Shown: piece by piece, positions 38,951-49,553 of the stretch | Layout: each line of letters begins with the position of its first letter | How positions within the stretch are numbered: position 1 is the stretch's first letter | From: a plasmid | Sequence record: CP104424.1 | DNA: 64,000 bases | Strand: one strand, 5' to 3' | Notes under the pieces: generated by a model | Told to the model about the DNA's origin: nothing | Seen by the model: the letters and a program-made list of their open reading frames with translations, nothing else | Databases searched by the model: none | Position numbers and translations under genes: made by a program

Positions 38951-39409
38951 TCAGGGTTGTAGTGTTGTTCTGATACCATTTTGTTCAAGGACAACACTGT
39001 CAGTGGTGATCTTTTCCACGCGGAATGTGGTGCCGGGAATGTGTTGCCCTTCTTTTACATCAGCAGTTCGTCCGCCCGGCAGTTGTATCCTGGCGGTTAT
39101 CTGGGGCTGAACTCCGGATATCTCTGTCAGCCGGGGAATACCGGTAATGGGGGCAGGGGTATCTGTCGTGACGGCTGAACTGCTTTCCTGTGAATGCACA
39201 GGCTCAGCTGGTTCTCCCTGCTCCAGGGTTCTGAGTTCATGTCGCACCTTTTCTCTTGCCAGCATGGCTTCATACAGTGCAGTTTCTTCCTGAATCTGTT
39301 CCACCTGGAGTTGCCGGTTATTCTGTTGCATGTTGCTGATGGTGCTGGCCGCGACCGTTGTCGGCAGGATCAGGACGGAAAGCAGAAGAGCTTTTGTTTT
39401 ACTGGACAT
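38951..39409 (-). CDS. pilP: PilP-position secreted protein, 152 aa
   Basis: Signal peptide MSSKTKALLLSVLILPTTVAAS. Confidence 0.5.
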   Translation of the reverse strand: MSSKTKALLLSVLILPTTVAASTISNMQQNNRQLQVEQIQEETALYEAMLAREKVRHELRTLEQGEPAEPVHSQESSSAVTTDTPAPITGIPRLTEISGVQPQITARIQLPGGRTADVKEGQHIPGTTFRVEKITTDSVVLEQNGIRTTLQP

Positions 39410-40694
39410 AATATTTACCTGTGAATTGATAACGGAAACGACCCTCTTCCAGTTGCCTTGTTACGGAGATAAAACGGACGGAGGGTTCACTGAAATGCTC
39501 TGCCACCTGGTGCGCCGGAAGTGTCGTCAGTATCTGCAGGTCATACTCCTTCCAGGGGGGCTGGATGGTATTTCCGTCTTCATCGGTGAAGCTGTTGCTG
39601 ACTTCCTGCCAGTCCATTTTCAGCTGCATCGACCGGGCGAGTGTGGTCAGCCGTTCCTGCAGGAGGGTGTTTTCCGGTAATGCCTCAACGGCAACGGGAG
39701 TTTCAGGCATACTGAAGGTGACCGGCAGGGCAAAACCACCGCTATTCCCGTCCGGCATAACCATAAACGGCCGGATGCTGAAAATTTCCCTGACCCGCTG
39801 GCTGAATGCGGTCACTGTCGTCCCGGCGATGTTTGTATATGATGCACGCAGATTGCCGCTGTTCCCGGTGGCAGCACACTCGGCGAGTGAATATCGCCAG
39901 CCGGCGACTGACACCGGCAGGCGTGACCATACGTCACTGCATCCCCGGATAAAATCTCCGGTTTCCGGCATACTCAGCCACGGTGGTGTGATCCGTTCCT
40001 CTGCGGCTTTTTGTGCTGCTTCAGCAAGTGCTGCTTTTTCTGCCTTCAGGCGTTCATAGTACTGCCAGCCATACCATGCAGTACCCAGAAGGGTGAGTAT
40101 GAGTAATACCGGAATAAGCTGTGGCCCACGGGATACGGGGTGAAGGCGTGCCTCTGCCGGATATTTCCCTGCACCTGTCAGAGTTTCCAGTGGCAGGGGA
40201 CCTCTGCCGTCAGGCCCGTTAAACGAGGGCGGTTCATAACATGTCCAGCCGTGTTCAGGCGCGCTGTTAATGGTGAGGAATATTTCCCGGGCCTCCCTGA
40301 TTTCCTCCCGGGTTCCCACCAGGTCACTGACCAGGATGCCGTCAACAGCAGAAACAAAACCATAAAGTTCTGTATCGTTTGCCTGTGACAGTTCAACGAT
40401 AGCGTATCCTCCTGACTCGAGCAGGGGCAGGATAAGCATGGCGAGAGAGAAATACCTGCGGCTGCCTTTGGGGAGTGTATTCTGGCTGACGGCTGCAACC
40501 ATGATGTGACGATCGGTATCTTCCGTACTGAGATACTCACAGGAAATATAGCGTACTGCCCCCAGACTGCGGGCAAACGTCCGGGGGTTTTTATGGCTTG
40601 CGGGCAGTGTTTTCCAGTCCATTCCGGCAAGAAATACATTCCGTCCTGCCGTCAGCGGAAACACCTGGCGCTCTGTCGGTGAAATATCCGTCAC
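39399..40694 (-). CDS. pilO: PilO-position protein, 431 aa
   Basis: ORF, one TM helix, operon position. Confidence 0.5.
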   Translation of the reverse strand: MTDISPTERQVFPLTAGRNVFLAGMDWKTLPASHKNPRTFARSLGAVRYISCEYLSTEDTDRHIMVAAVSQNTLPKGSRRYFSLAMLILPLLESGGYAIVELSQANDTELYGFVSAVDGILVSDLVGTREEIREAREIFLTINSAPEHGWTCYEPPSFNGPDGRGPLPLETLTGAGKYPAEARLHPVSRGPQLIPVLLILTLLGTAWYGWQYYERLKAEKAALAEAAQKAAEERITPPWLSMPETGDFIRGCSDVWSRLPVSVAGWRYSLAECAATGNSGNLRASYTNIAGTTVTAFSQRVREIFSIRPFMVMPDGNSGGFALPVTFSMPETPVAVEALPENTLLQERLTTLARSMQLKMDWQEVSNSFTDEDGNTIQPPWKEYDLQILTTLPAHQVAEHFSEPSVRFISVTRQLEEGRFRYQFTGKYYVQ

Positions 40695-40714
40695 GATAGT
40701 CCTCCTTCTGCAAA

Positions 40715-42334
40715 TCAGATGATATTGGGCGTGATCAGCACCACGAGAATGGTGTCGTCGTTTTCACTGTTGATCCCACCGCCAAGACCGAAGAATCCCG
40801 GTGTGCCGACACCCTGTTTTCCACTGCGACGCCCTGACTGCTGGAAGCCACTGATAATGACTGTCTGCCCGGATTTCAGGTCCACTGTCTGGTTGATGGT
40901 TTTCAGATCCACATTCGGCAGCTGGGCTTTGCTTCCACCACTCTCGTAATTCTCAATAACCGGTTTGTCGGAGAGACTCATGGAATAGAGCAGCTGCAGT
41001 GTCTGTGAGTCCGGGAGAATGAACGGCAGAAGGGTCATATTAAAACCGGTGGTGATGGTGGCCGCATTCAGGGAGGTGGATGAGCCGACATTGGCGGTGG
41101 TATCCGTCGTCACACTCTCAATGTAGCTCTGCTGATTGGCAATCTGCATCGGTACCGGGGTCAGGTTTTTGGTCACGGCGGAATTCCGGGTTACCACACT
41201 GACATCTCCCTGGGAAGAGAGTGCTTTCAGGAAGGCTTTTGAACCGGTGAGTTTCCCGTTCACAATGGAAACACCACCAGTGACGGTATCGCTGGCTGCA
41301 CTGGTGAATGTGCTGCCGAGGCTCAGTCCCAGCGTTCTGTCGCTGAAGACTGCGTTCCAGTCGATACCTGCCTGCTCATTACGGGTTTTCCGGATACTCA
41401 GAATTTCCACATTCAGCACCACCTGGCGCTTCATTTCTTCATTGCGTTTTTCAATGAACGTCCGGACCGTTTCCAGTACCTGTGGGGTGTCCGTGACGGT
41501 GATAAAGCCCGTCGACATGAACATGCGACCAATCCCCGGCGTCAGCATTGATGAGACAGCATTTTTCACATCCTGATACAGCGCAGATTTCATATCCACG
41601 GTGGTGGTCTGGGTATTACTGGCATCACCGGAAATGGCATCCGATGCTGTTCCACCTGATGAGCCATTTGATGACATGGTACCGCTGACCACGGTGGCAT
41701 TATAGGCAACCTGGCTGTCCATATAGGTCACCGGGAAGGTCCGGGTATCAAGATAATAGAACGTGATATGTGAACCATCATAACGCCAGGAAATCCCGAG
41801 ACGGGAAGCGACCGCATTCAGCAGTGATGTCAGTCCTGAAGCCTTCAGTTCAGGAAGTGACGCCGTATTTCCCTGCAGGCGGGGAAGTGTCGTGTCAGAA
41901 CTGCCTATGGCGGCCAGTGGAACCATACCGCCGGTATCCGGCGGTGGTACTGTGCCCTGGATTTGCTGCGTACTGCCGGAGGTGGTCACGCTCAGATACG
42001 CCTGTACATCAGGGGTGATCCTTACAGGAATATGACAGTTTTCCGAGATCCGCTGGGCCACCTGCTGAAGGGTGATGCTCTGCCGGGTGTTAATGATAAT
42101 CGGACAGCCGGGCACCGCATTACCGGGGTTTTTATCCGTGACCGGACGGGGATTGATCCACTGACGTGGGGATTCCTTTACAACCGGTGTCCGGTTTCGC
42201 AGCTCAGCGATCATTTCCCGGGCCCGTTGTTGTTCAGCAACGGCGTCTTTTCTGGTGTTCTCTGCCTGTCGGAAACTGGTACAGCCCTGCAGCAGAGTGG
42301 CTGCAATCATAATAGCAAGAAGTTTTTTGTTCAT
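40715..42334 (-). CDS. pilN: PilN, secretin-family outer-membrane lipoprotein, 539 aa
   Basis: Lipobox LLQGC; C-terminal secretin domain (...GTPGFFGLGGG...VVLITPNII). Confidence 0.75.
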   Translation of the reverse strand: MNKKLLAIMIAATLLQGCTSFRQAENTRKDAVAEQQRAREMIAELRNRTPVVKESPRQWINPRPVTDKNPGNAVPGCPIIINTRQSITLQQVAQRISENCHIPVRITPDVQAYLSVTTSGSTQQIQGTVPPPDTGGMVPLAAIGSSDTTLPRLQGNTASLPELKASGLTSLLNAVASRLGISWRYDGSHITFYYLDTRTFPVTYMDSQVAYNATVVSGTMSSNGSSGGTASDAISGDASNTQTTTVDMKSALYQDVKNAVSSMLTPGIGRMFMSTGFITVTDTPQVLETVRTFIEKRNEEMKRQVVLNVEILSIRKTRNEQAGIDWNAVFSDRTLGLSLGSTFTSAASDTVTGGVSIVNGKLTGSKAFLKALSSQGDVSVVTRNSAVTKNLTPVPMQIANQQSYIESVTTDTTANVGSSTSLNAATITTGFNMTLLPFILPDSQTLQLLYSMSLSDKPVIENYESGGSKAQLPNVDLKTINQTVDLKSGQTVIISGFQQSGRRSGKQGVGTPGFFGLGGGINSENDDTILVVLITPNII

Positions 42335-42365
42335 AGATAAATCCGTGAGTTATTCAGAGTCCGGC

Positions 42366-42803
42366 CTAATTCATCCAGATGATGACCTGATCGGGGATCA
42401 CAGCAGGGAGCGTGATGGAAATACGCCGCCCACGGGTGTCCAGGAGGCGACCGTTTTCCACTCTGGCAAGCAGGGCCGAATCACCACTTTGTTCCAGGAG
42501 GGCACCCATAAGGCCGGGTTTTTCTTTTGCCCAGACAAAAACGCGCTGCTGACTGATGAGGTGGCTGACGTTTTTCGTGGCGGGCAGACCGAGCTGTGCT
42601 GACGTGAGCTGACCACCGGCAGCACGTCGTTCAGGGTGCTGATACAGGTAATCGTTGATGGCATTCATATAACGAATAAAGTCTGCAGCCTGCTGTGTGA
42701 TTTCAGCGGTCTGCTGATGGTGCACAGTACGGCTGAGGTGACTGTGGAACCAGAAATTACCAATGGCCATAATGACCATAATGAAACCCGTAACCCATCC
42801 CAT
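42366..42803 (-). CDS. pilM: PilM-position protein, 145 aa
   Basis: N-terminal TM helix; operon position. Confidence 0.5.
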   Translation of the reverse strand: MGWVTGFIMVIMAIGNFWFHSHLSRTVHHQQTAEITQQAADFIRYMNAINDYLYQHPERRAAGGQLTSAQLGLPATKNVSHLISQQRVFVWAKEKPGLMGALLEQSGDSALLARVENGRLLDTRGRRISITLPAVIPDQVIIWMN

Positions 42804-42806
42804 AGG

Positions 42807-43877
42807 TTATTCCTGCGGGCGGTCTGTCACACGGAGCAGGCATTGTGCAGTGCTGGTCCGGGCATACAGCGGTTTTTCAGCCGGGGTATAGAGTGCAAAG
42901 AGCTGCTCCAGCGCCTGGCGGAAACTGCCGGTGAAAACCAGAGGGGCATCGATGCTGTAGTTGACAGGTGTTTCCCAGCGCAGTGTCCATGTGCCGTGCG
43001 GGCATTTTTCGGATGATGTCCAGCGGGCCAGTCCGTCTTTCAGGGTGGTCCCCTTTTCCATTTTCCACTGCCGTGGCGGTATGACCTTCTGCTGTGGTGG
43101 CACTACCGGTTTCGTGGCCACCGGGGCTGGCGTGGTTGTTCTGCTCTCTGGAGTTCCGGATGTCCCGGTGGTGGTCTGAGCCCGGGAAACGCTGACGGCA
43201 GGTGTCACTGGTGTCGGGCCTGCCGGCGTTGCGGTGCTGCCCCTGAACGGATTACGCGGTGTATCAGCAGCTTTCTGTGAACCCTGCGGTGCCGTGACGT
43301 CGACCGGCGGTGTTGCAGAGGTCGTGACAGTCAGTATTTTCCTGTTCCAGTCCATATGTCCGTAAAGCTGCTGGCCGGCCAGCAGCGCATTCAGTGCCCG
43401 GTGCCACTGGTCATTAACGGACCAGACGGGGAGGCGTTTGTTCAGTGCCGGTATGGCAGCGTTCTGTTGCCGGAACTGCCAGCCGGGTGGTAGCAACTGG
43501 CGTATCCAGTCACTGACGGAGCGCTGATGTGCCTCACGTAAATAAACGACGGATGACTGACCGGGTTTACCGGTCATAACCAGTGCGGGCAGCTGTGTGG
43601 CCTGAAGGAGCGGACGGGGAGGCAGTGCGGTACTCTGGCTGCTGACTGCGGTTGTGGGCGTCGCTGTTGTTGTCGGGCGGGGCGGCGTCACAGGGCGGGT
43701 CACCGGTGGCGGAAGCAGACGTTTTTGCGTATGGGCGATAATGGCAGCGCTTTCGCGAATTTGTCCGTCGACGAACACCAGAGCCGGAGGCGTGGTGTCA
43801 GGAACAGGCGTGGCATTAAATGCCGTACAGCCGCTGAGTAATGACGGCAGAAGGAGTGTAAGTGATTTCTTTTTCAT
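42807..43877 (-). CDS. pilL: PilL, Thr/Pro-rich lipoprotein, 356 aa
   Basis: Lipobox LLSGC; size matches R64 PilL; first large gene of the pil operon. Confidence 0.6.
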   Translation of the reverse strand: MKKKSLTLLLPSLLSGCTAFNATPVPDTTPPALVFVDGQIRESAAIIAHTQKRLLPPPVTRPVTPPRPTTTATPTTAVSSQSTALPPRPLLQATQLPALVMTGKPGQSSVVYLREAHQRSVSDWIRQLLPPGWQFRQQNAAIPALNKRLPVWSVNDQWHRALNALLAGQQLYGHMDWNRKILTVTTSATPPVDVTAPQGSQKAADTPRNPFRGSTATPAGPTPVTPAVSVSRAQTTTGTSGTPESRTTTPAPVATKPVVPPQQKVIPPRQWKMEKGTTLKDGLARWTSSEKCPHGTWTLRWETPVNYSIDAPLVFTGSFRQALEQLFALYTPAEKPLYARTSTAQCLLRVTDRPQE

Positions 43878-44103
43878 AGAATAAATCCGGTATGTATCGG
43901 GTTACGGTATAAGACAGGTGGCTGGTAACAGGTCTTCAGATAAATATAATTTCATCAGGATATTGATGATGAACATTCATGTTCGGGGTGATTATGAAAA
44001 CTAAAACATTCCGGTTCCGGAAATATAAAAAGAAAAACGTCCTGCTGCAAATGATAGTTTCCAGAAAACAAGTGATATTGTTTTTCAGAACTGGAACATT
44101 ATT

Positions 44104-44439
44104 TTATTTCTTGCCTGTTATTGAAACATGTCCGGTTATGATCTCCGAATGGCAGGTATCAATAAAATCACTTTTCCCCGATTGTGTGTCAAAGTCAACG
44201 TGGGTGAATCTGTGTACATCCTGCCATATGGTGAAACAGACAGGACAGGTAACAGGTAGTTTACCTTCAGCTATTTTTTCGCAGCTTTCAACCAGTTGCT
44301 GCGCCTTGTTGTATCTGACGTTATAGCCATTTGTGCAAAGCGTTTCATACCCATGAGCTCCTGTAACTATATGTGTGGCGATTCTTTCGTGGACTCTCCC
44401 ATTAATTAATAATTGTTCACGTGTTGTGATTGTTCTCAT
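44104..44439 (-). CDS. small Cys-containing protein (CPVC), 111 aa; pilK position by count
   Basis: ORF only; overlaps an opposite-strand ORF judged less likely. Confidence 0.35.
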   Translation of the reverse strand: MRTITTREQLLINGRVHERIATHIVTGAHGYETLCTNGYNVRYNKAQQLVESCEKIAEGKLPVTCPVCFTIWQDVHRFTHVDFDTQSGKSDFIDTCHSEIITGHVSITGKK

Positions 44440-44554
44440 GCCTGTTTCTCAATTGGTCATAACAGAAAATAATCTGCATTCCTGAAAAATATCGCGGTTG
44501 TGAAATATTTAATTTTTACCCCCTTTTATGGGGGATGAAAAGCAGGCTGTCAGG

Positions 44555-44872
44555 CTATAACTGAACGCGGTTTCTGGATTTTGGTGCTAATGTCACATCT
44601 TTCCATTCACAGCTGCTTCCGGGAATACGCTCTTTGCGTCGTATTATACGGGAGTTCTGACACACAATAATTAAGCCATTGTCTGCCGTCTGAAATGGCA
44701 TTATAGCGATGTTTATATCTTCTGTTGCAGGAATATAACTGACTTTCTTTTCACATGTATTGGTGTATATGACAACTCTGAATTTTTCTGCGGACATTTT
44801 CAATCCTCTTTTAAACCAGAATATCCCGTGAGGGCATTCTTTGTGAAAAAGATGCCGGAAAAATTCCGGCAC
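44555..44872 (-). CDS. small protein, 105 aa; pilJ position by count
   Basis: ORF with a 5-bp gap to the upstream gene. Confidence 0.3.
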   Translation of the reverse strand: MPEFFRHLFHKECPHGIFWFKRGLKMSAEKFRVVIYTNTCEKKVSYIPATEDINIAIMPFQTADNGLIIVCQNSRIIRRKERIPGSSCEWKDVTLAPKSRNRVQL

Positions 44873-44877
44873 GGGGA

Positions 44878-46572
44878 TTAAACCTGTTGTGGTTCTGAGT
44901 TATCCGGAGCGGTTACCGGTTCGCTGACATCCGGAACCTTTTCCGGGGCAGGCATGACCAGTGGACGTGTCAGGGCTGTAAGTCCTTCACCGGATAAACC
45001 CACCTCTTTCAGCAGGGAGTCGATGAGCGGAGCCTGTGTACGGTAAGCCAGAGCGGCGGTTACTGCCTGTTCAGCGAGATTTCCGCCACTTATGTCGGTT
45101 GTTGCTGTTTTACCGCGGGTAACACCGCCATTCAGACCATCCACCTGAATGATTTTAATACCGTCAATGGATTTCATTGGTTCTGTGGACTTCTCTATGA
45201 CGGCAGGTAATGCATCCAGCAGGGCAAGACGGAAGCGGAGGCTGGTCTGCTCATCCGAAAGCACGTTAATGGCATCGTTCAGTGCGCGCTGTGCTTCTGC
45301 TTCTGCCAGACCTTTCTGACGGGTGGCCTCCGCCAGTTCAATAATTGCTGCTGCCTGGAGTTCGGCTGCTTCTTTTTCAGCCTGTGCGCGAACCGTCAGT
45401 TCAACCGCTTTCGTTTCAGCTTCCTGAGCAGCAGCAATCAGGGCAACCTGTTTGGTACGGTCGGCCTCCGCAGTCTGGCGGGTGGTTTCCACATCCTGCT
45501 GGGCCTGTACGGCCTCAGCCAGTGCTTTACTTGCCCGGGCTTCTGCCTGTGACTGCTCTTCCGATTTTGCCGCCACGGCAATGGCTCTGGCCTGGCTGGC
45601 GATTTCGGTTGCCTGCTGTTGCTCAATTTCCCGTATGGCCACTTCCCGTTCGGCTTCGACTTGGCGGGTACGCACTATCTGCTGTCGTTCGATTTCGGCT
45701 TCCTCTATCTTACGTTCAGCCAGAATTCGCGCGGATTCTGCTTCACGACGTCGTTCAGCTTCAATAGCAGCAATACTGGCACTCTGCTCTGCCGTACGGG
45801 TTTTTACCCGTTGTTGTTGCTCCAGAGTCATGAAGGCTTCCTGCTGTTCAATCTCCAGACGTCGGGAGAGTGCATCCCGGTTTTTTTCCCTGATGGCCAC
45901 TTCAACATCCTGCTCAACTTCGTTGCGTTCGCGACGACGACGTTCTGTTTCCTGGGTCAGAAGGGTCAGGCCTTCAGCATCAAAGGCATTGTCAGGATTA
46001 AAATGTACCCGTGCAGTCTGGTTGAAACTTGTCAGCGACACACTTTCAAGCTCCAGACCGTTTTTGGATAAGTCTTCCGCAACGGTGTTCTGCACACCCT
46101 GAACAAAGTTCTCGCGGGCATCCTGTAAATCCTGCATGCTCATTCTGGCCGCCGTGGCCCGTAGGGCATCAACAAATTTATCCTCGACCAGACTACGCAG
46201 ATCTTCAGGTGTGAGCGTGCGTTGTCCCAGCGTCTGGGCTGCAGTGGATATTCCTTCGGCTGATGGTTTTACCCGAAGAAAAAAGGCAACGGCAACATCA
46301 ACACGCATGCGGTCGCGGGTTATGAGACTTTCAGCCGCTGCACGACTGACTTCCAGCTTCAGGGTGTTCATGTTGACGGGAATTGTTTCGTGAAAAATGG
46401 GCATAACAATTGCACCGCCACTCATTACCACTTTTTGGCCTCCCAGACCTGTGCGGACAAAGGCCTGCTCTGCCGATGCCCGGCGGTACAGGCGGGCAAA
46501 TATCAGCCCGATAACGAACAGGGTGAGGACCAGCGCTATAACGGTAAACAACCATCCCGGAAGATTAAACAT
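44878..46572 (-). CDS. flotillin/YqiK-like SPFH (band 7) membrane-scaffold protein with a long Ala/Glu-rich coiled coil, 564 aa
   Basis: N-terminal TM, SPFH domain (...GGQKVVMSGGAIVMP...ITRDRMRVDVAVAFFLRV...) then EA-repeat coiled coil (ERRRRERNEVEQD...). Confidence 0.7.
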   Translation of the reverse strand: MFNLPGWLFTVIALVLTLFVIGLIFARLYRRASAEQAFVRTGLGGQKVVMSGGAIVMPIFHETIPVNMNTLKLEVSRAAAESLITRDRMRVDVAVAFFLRVKPSAEGISTAAQTLGQRTLTPEDLRSLVEDKFVDALRATAARMSMQDLQDARENFVQGVQNTVAEDLSKNGLELESVSLTSFNQTARVHFNPDNAFDAEGLTLLTQETERRRRERNEVEQDVEVAIREKNRDALSRRLEIEQQEAFMTLEQQQRVKTRTAEQSASIAAIEAERRREAESARILAERKIEEAEIERQQIVRTRQVEAEREVAIREIEQQQATEIASQARAIAVAAKSEEQSQAEARASKALAEAVQAQQDVETTRQTAEADRTKQVALIAAAQEAETKAVELTVRAQAEKEAAELQAAAIIELAEATRQKGLAEAEAQRALNDAINVLSDEQTSLRFRLALLDALPAVIEKSTEPMKSIDGIKIIQVDGLNGGVTRGKTATTDISGGNLAEQAVTAALAYRTQAPLIDSLLKEVGLSGEGLTALTRPLVMPAPEKVPDVSEPVTAPDNSEPQQV

Positions 46573-46598
46573 AGTGAGAACCTCTGTATATGTCGGGA

Positions 46599-47219
46599 TT
46601 AAAGAACATCCGGCCAGGGATTCAGTTCGCCCAGCCAGCGGGAACCGGAAAGACGGCAGACAATAATCACTTTGTCTCCTCGTCTGAATTCTTTCCCGGC
46701 CTCCGGCTCCAGCAACAGGTAATGAACCTGCCCGAAGCGGTCTGTGAAGCGACCTTCACAGGGGGAACCCGCCACTGCGTGATAACCAGTGATGGTGGCC
46801 ATACAGCCGATGAATGCCTCCTCGGTGAGCGCCGTTGTTTCATCACGGGGTAACCAGGGGGCAATCAGTCTGCCGGTGCGGTGTACGAGAGGACATGTCA
46901 GCAGCAGGCAAAGTGGTGCAAGGAGAATGTTCGGAGCAGGAGCCTGCAGCAGATGAATAATAAGACCCTGCAGGAGAATGCCGGATATACCAAAAAAACC
47001 TGCCAGCATACAGAGGACGATCAGCAGGGGGATCCGTCCGATGTTCAGCCAGTCCAGCGCCTCTCCTGTCAGACCCTCCGGTAAATCAGGTGTATCCATA
47101 GCTGAAGAGAGGGAGTGTCCGCAGAGCAGGGCGATAAGTTCAGCGATACCAGTAAGCAGAACAAAAGTCAGGGCTGCCAGATAGGGTGCGTTATACGCGG
47201 TAAGTAACGTCAGTGTCAT
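46599..47219 (-). CDS. NfeD/YqiJ-like membrane protein with C-terminal OB-fold, 206 aa, co-transcribed partner of the flotillin gene
   Basis: Three TM helices plus C-terminal beta-rich domain (...GDKVIIVCRLSGSRWLGELNP); AGGAGG RBS; 26-bp gap to the flotillin gene, as in yqiJ-yqiK. Confidence 0.6.
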   Translation of the reverse strand: MTLTLLTAYNAPYLAALTFVLLTGIAELIALLCGHSLSSAMDTPDLPEGLTGEALDWLNIGRIPLLIVLCMLAGFFGISGILLQGLIIHLLQAPAPNILLAPLCLLLTCPLVHRTGRLIAPWLPRDETTALTEEAFIGCMATITGYHAVAGSPCEGRFTDRFGQVHYLLLEPEAGKEFRRGDKVIIVCRLSGSRWLGELNPWPDVL

Positions 47220-47485
47220 TTTTCCTCCTGTGGCAGGTCAGTCAAACAACATTATGGCGTGAAGCTTCCGCTTCTTTAATTGTCAGAAGAAGCATATCGT
47301 CAGTCATCAGAAGACAAGGGGATGTCTGCAGGAGGGGATGATAACAACAGAAGCCTCACGCCGGAATGCGCTTTATGACAACCGGAGAGGACGGATAATC
47401 AAAAATGGGACATCCACATCAGCAAACCGCGATTTGCGAAAAAAAGTCAGCGGAGAGTGGCTGCCGTTGTGGCTGTCCCGGTATT

Positions 47486-48148
47486 TCAGTGTAAAAGCAG
47501 ACTGTTGTCCATGCCCCATTCCTCTTCCGCTAAACCTGAATGGCCCACATGAAGAATGCGTGACAGCATATTTCTGCCGCTGCCGTTCAGACTGCATTCG
47601 CGCCCGTGTGCGAGCATAAAACCTTCATCCCGGAATATCTCTTCAACCTCAGACGTGTTGATGGTGGCCGGATGGATTAATGAAAATGCCACCGGTCTGA
47701 TCATTCTGCCCGTGGTGGAAAAGGTGTCCCCGGTGCTGTTCAGCTGCAGGATATGACGTTTCCCGGTCTGTGCGCGGGAAAGTGTCTCACTCAGTAACTG
47801 GTCATTCCATGCGCACGTGCCAATCTGCCATCCCAGACTCCTGCACGTGGCAAGAGCCGAGCGGAAGCGGTACAGGTCGTATAATGCTGCGTTATTGCCA
47901 CTTTCCAGCAGTGATTTCAGGGTGTTTGCTACCGGTATGTCTGAATTGGTGGCCAGCAGTTTTCGCAGGGTAGTGAACTCTTCAGCCATTCCTCTGAACT
48001 CGCGCATCTGACGGGCAGTGTCAAGCCAGTTCAGCAGGTAACGCCGGCGACGCCGTTCGTTGTTTATGTTGTCCGGGGCGGTGGAGAGTGCTTCGAGCAT
48101 ATTCTCCAGTAACAGAATGACAGGGTTTTCCTGGGATAGAATGGTCAT
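47486..48148 (-). CDS. traC: TraC-position regulatory protein, 220 aa
   Basis: ORF between the NusG-like traB and the pil operon. Confidence 0.45.
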   Translation of the reverse strand: MTILSQENPVILLLENMLEALSTAPDNINNERRRRRYLLNWLDTARQMREFRGMAEEFTTLRKLLATNSDIPVANTLKSLLESGNNAALYDLYRFRSALATCRSLGWQIGTCAWNDQLLSETLSRAQTGKRHILQLNSTGDTFSTTGRMIRPVAFSLIHPATINTSEVEEIFRDEGFMLAHGRECSLNGSGRNMLSRILHVGHSGLAEEEWGMDNSLLLH

Positions 48149-48288
48149 AAAGGCGTCCTGAAAAAATGCCCGACAGCCGCTCTCCGTACACCCTCAGGTG
48201 TCACCGGTGCCGGGCATTGTGGAAACAGAAGGGAAAAAAATCCCGGCCATAAAGGCCGGGAAAAGTCGTCAAATTAAGACAGCAATTT

Positions 48289-48930
48289 TCATGTCAACGC
48301 TCCGTCATCAGATACCAGGTGCAGGAGCAGGGCGATCCTCGACTCCGGCAGAGGCTGTGCATCAAGCCGGAGGAGGTACTGGTAACGCGCTTTTGTCAGC
48401 CAGAGGGTGGAGGCAGCATCCAGCTCCTCCCTGGCTGCCGGATTGAGCGCAGGATCCGGGTACACTTTCATCAAAGACTGAACGATATCCTCCCTGACGG
48501 TTTTGATTTCACCGGCCATTTTCACGAAGTCCAGAAAGGCACTGTGACGGCGAAGGTGAGTGAAGCTGTGGCTTTCGGGGTCTGCTTTCAGGAAAAAGTA
48601 ACCGGGAAACACGGCGTGTATATGTCGACGGTAACCACAGACTTTATCCGTGCGGCGGACCTTTTTCAGTATCAGGGGTGTCCAGGGAAGGACGTGTTGT
48701 TCGGAAAGCCAGGAAAAGAGATGTTCGCGGTTTTTGCCGGCAGGGATGTACTGTGCCAGATACCAGTTGCGTTGATGTAATTCACTGATATTCAAAATCC
48801 GGAACGCTCCGCGAAAATCGATCCCCGCAGGGGGGCTTCGATGTTGTTGTGAACGGCGAATACATAAAGCATGTGTCGGAAACAGCGGCTGACCCACGTT
48901 CAGCCTGGCCTGCAGTTCTGACAGGCACAT
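48289..48930 (-). CDS. traB: TraB, NusG/RfaH-like transcription antiterminator paralogue, 213 aa
   Basis: NusG N-terminal-domain signature (NWYLAQYIPAGKN...VFPGYFFLK) and a KOW-like C-terminus. Confidence 0.55.
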   Translation of the reverse strand: MCLSELQARLNVGQPLFPTHALCIRRSQQHRSPPAGIDFRGAFRILNISELHQRNWYLAQYIPAGKNREHLFSWLSEQHVLPWTPLILKKVRRTDKVCGYRRHIHAVFPGYFFLKADPESHSFTHLRRHSAFLDFVKMAGEIKTVREDIVQSLMKVYPDPALNPAAREELDAASTLWLTKARYQYLLRLDAQPLPESRIALLLHLVSDDGALT

Positions 48931-49467
48931 GATTTACGCACTCTTGTAAGCCTTGTGGACGGTTTCGAGGCGGGCGAAAACCGACAACTCCTGCAAACAG
49001 GATTAATGGCTGGAAAATATATCACATAAGGATGTATCTGTGGCAAGAGCGAAGATAAGCAGTTGAATAGATCGTTATATTTGATAAGGCAGAATATTAT
49101 TCTGTATTTGATGTTGTGTGCGGGATATTAGATCGTTTAAAAAAATTCGGCGATCTCTTCTACTGGAAAAGAAGAAAAAAGCAGCATAAAAGATCGTTTG
49201 TGAAATTGTTCATTTTTTTGACAGAGTTCAAAAAAACGACGCTTTTTAGGGGGTTAAAGAGGGCAACTGTAACTCTGAGAAATCGTGTCGGCTTTTCAAA
49301 GCGGTGGAAAAGGGGTATATTGCGGATCGTTATTCAGTGGCTTTTGGGATCCTCGCGGTCCGGAAAGCCAGAAAACGGCAGAATGCGCCATAAGGCATTC
49401 AGGACGTATGGCAGAAACGACGGCAGTTTGCCGGTGCCGGAAGGCTGAAAAAAGTTTCAGAAGACCA

Positions 49468-49538
49468 TAAAGGAAAACCCCCACTATTTTTCCTCGAACT
49501 TGGCGGAACGCAGAAAAATAATGGGGGCCTCACAGAAT
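49468..49538 (-). ncRNA. inc: Inc-type antisense RNA (copy-number control), position inferred
   Basis: Complementary to the repZ leader stem-loop (stem CCCCCACTATTTTT/AAAAATAATGGGGG, loop containing TTGGCGG); promoter not mapped. Confidence 0.4.
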
Positions 49539-49553
49539 ACGGGATAAGTATAT

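Noticed and set aside
43979-44326. 115-aa plus-strand ORF overlapping the 111-aa minus-strand ORF upstream of pilL
   Set aside because: Opposite to the operon direction, hydrophobic low-complexity translation; the minus-strand ORF fits operon polarity better.
49116-49448. 110-aa basic ORF (plus strand) and 62-aa ORF (minus, 49296..49484) between traB and rep
   Set aside because: The region must hold the rep promoter, the Inc RNA gene and the traA/traB promoter; the ORFs are low-complexity Lys/Arg-rich without an RBS. A genuine small traA, if present, may be under 60 aa and cannot be located confidently.
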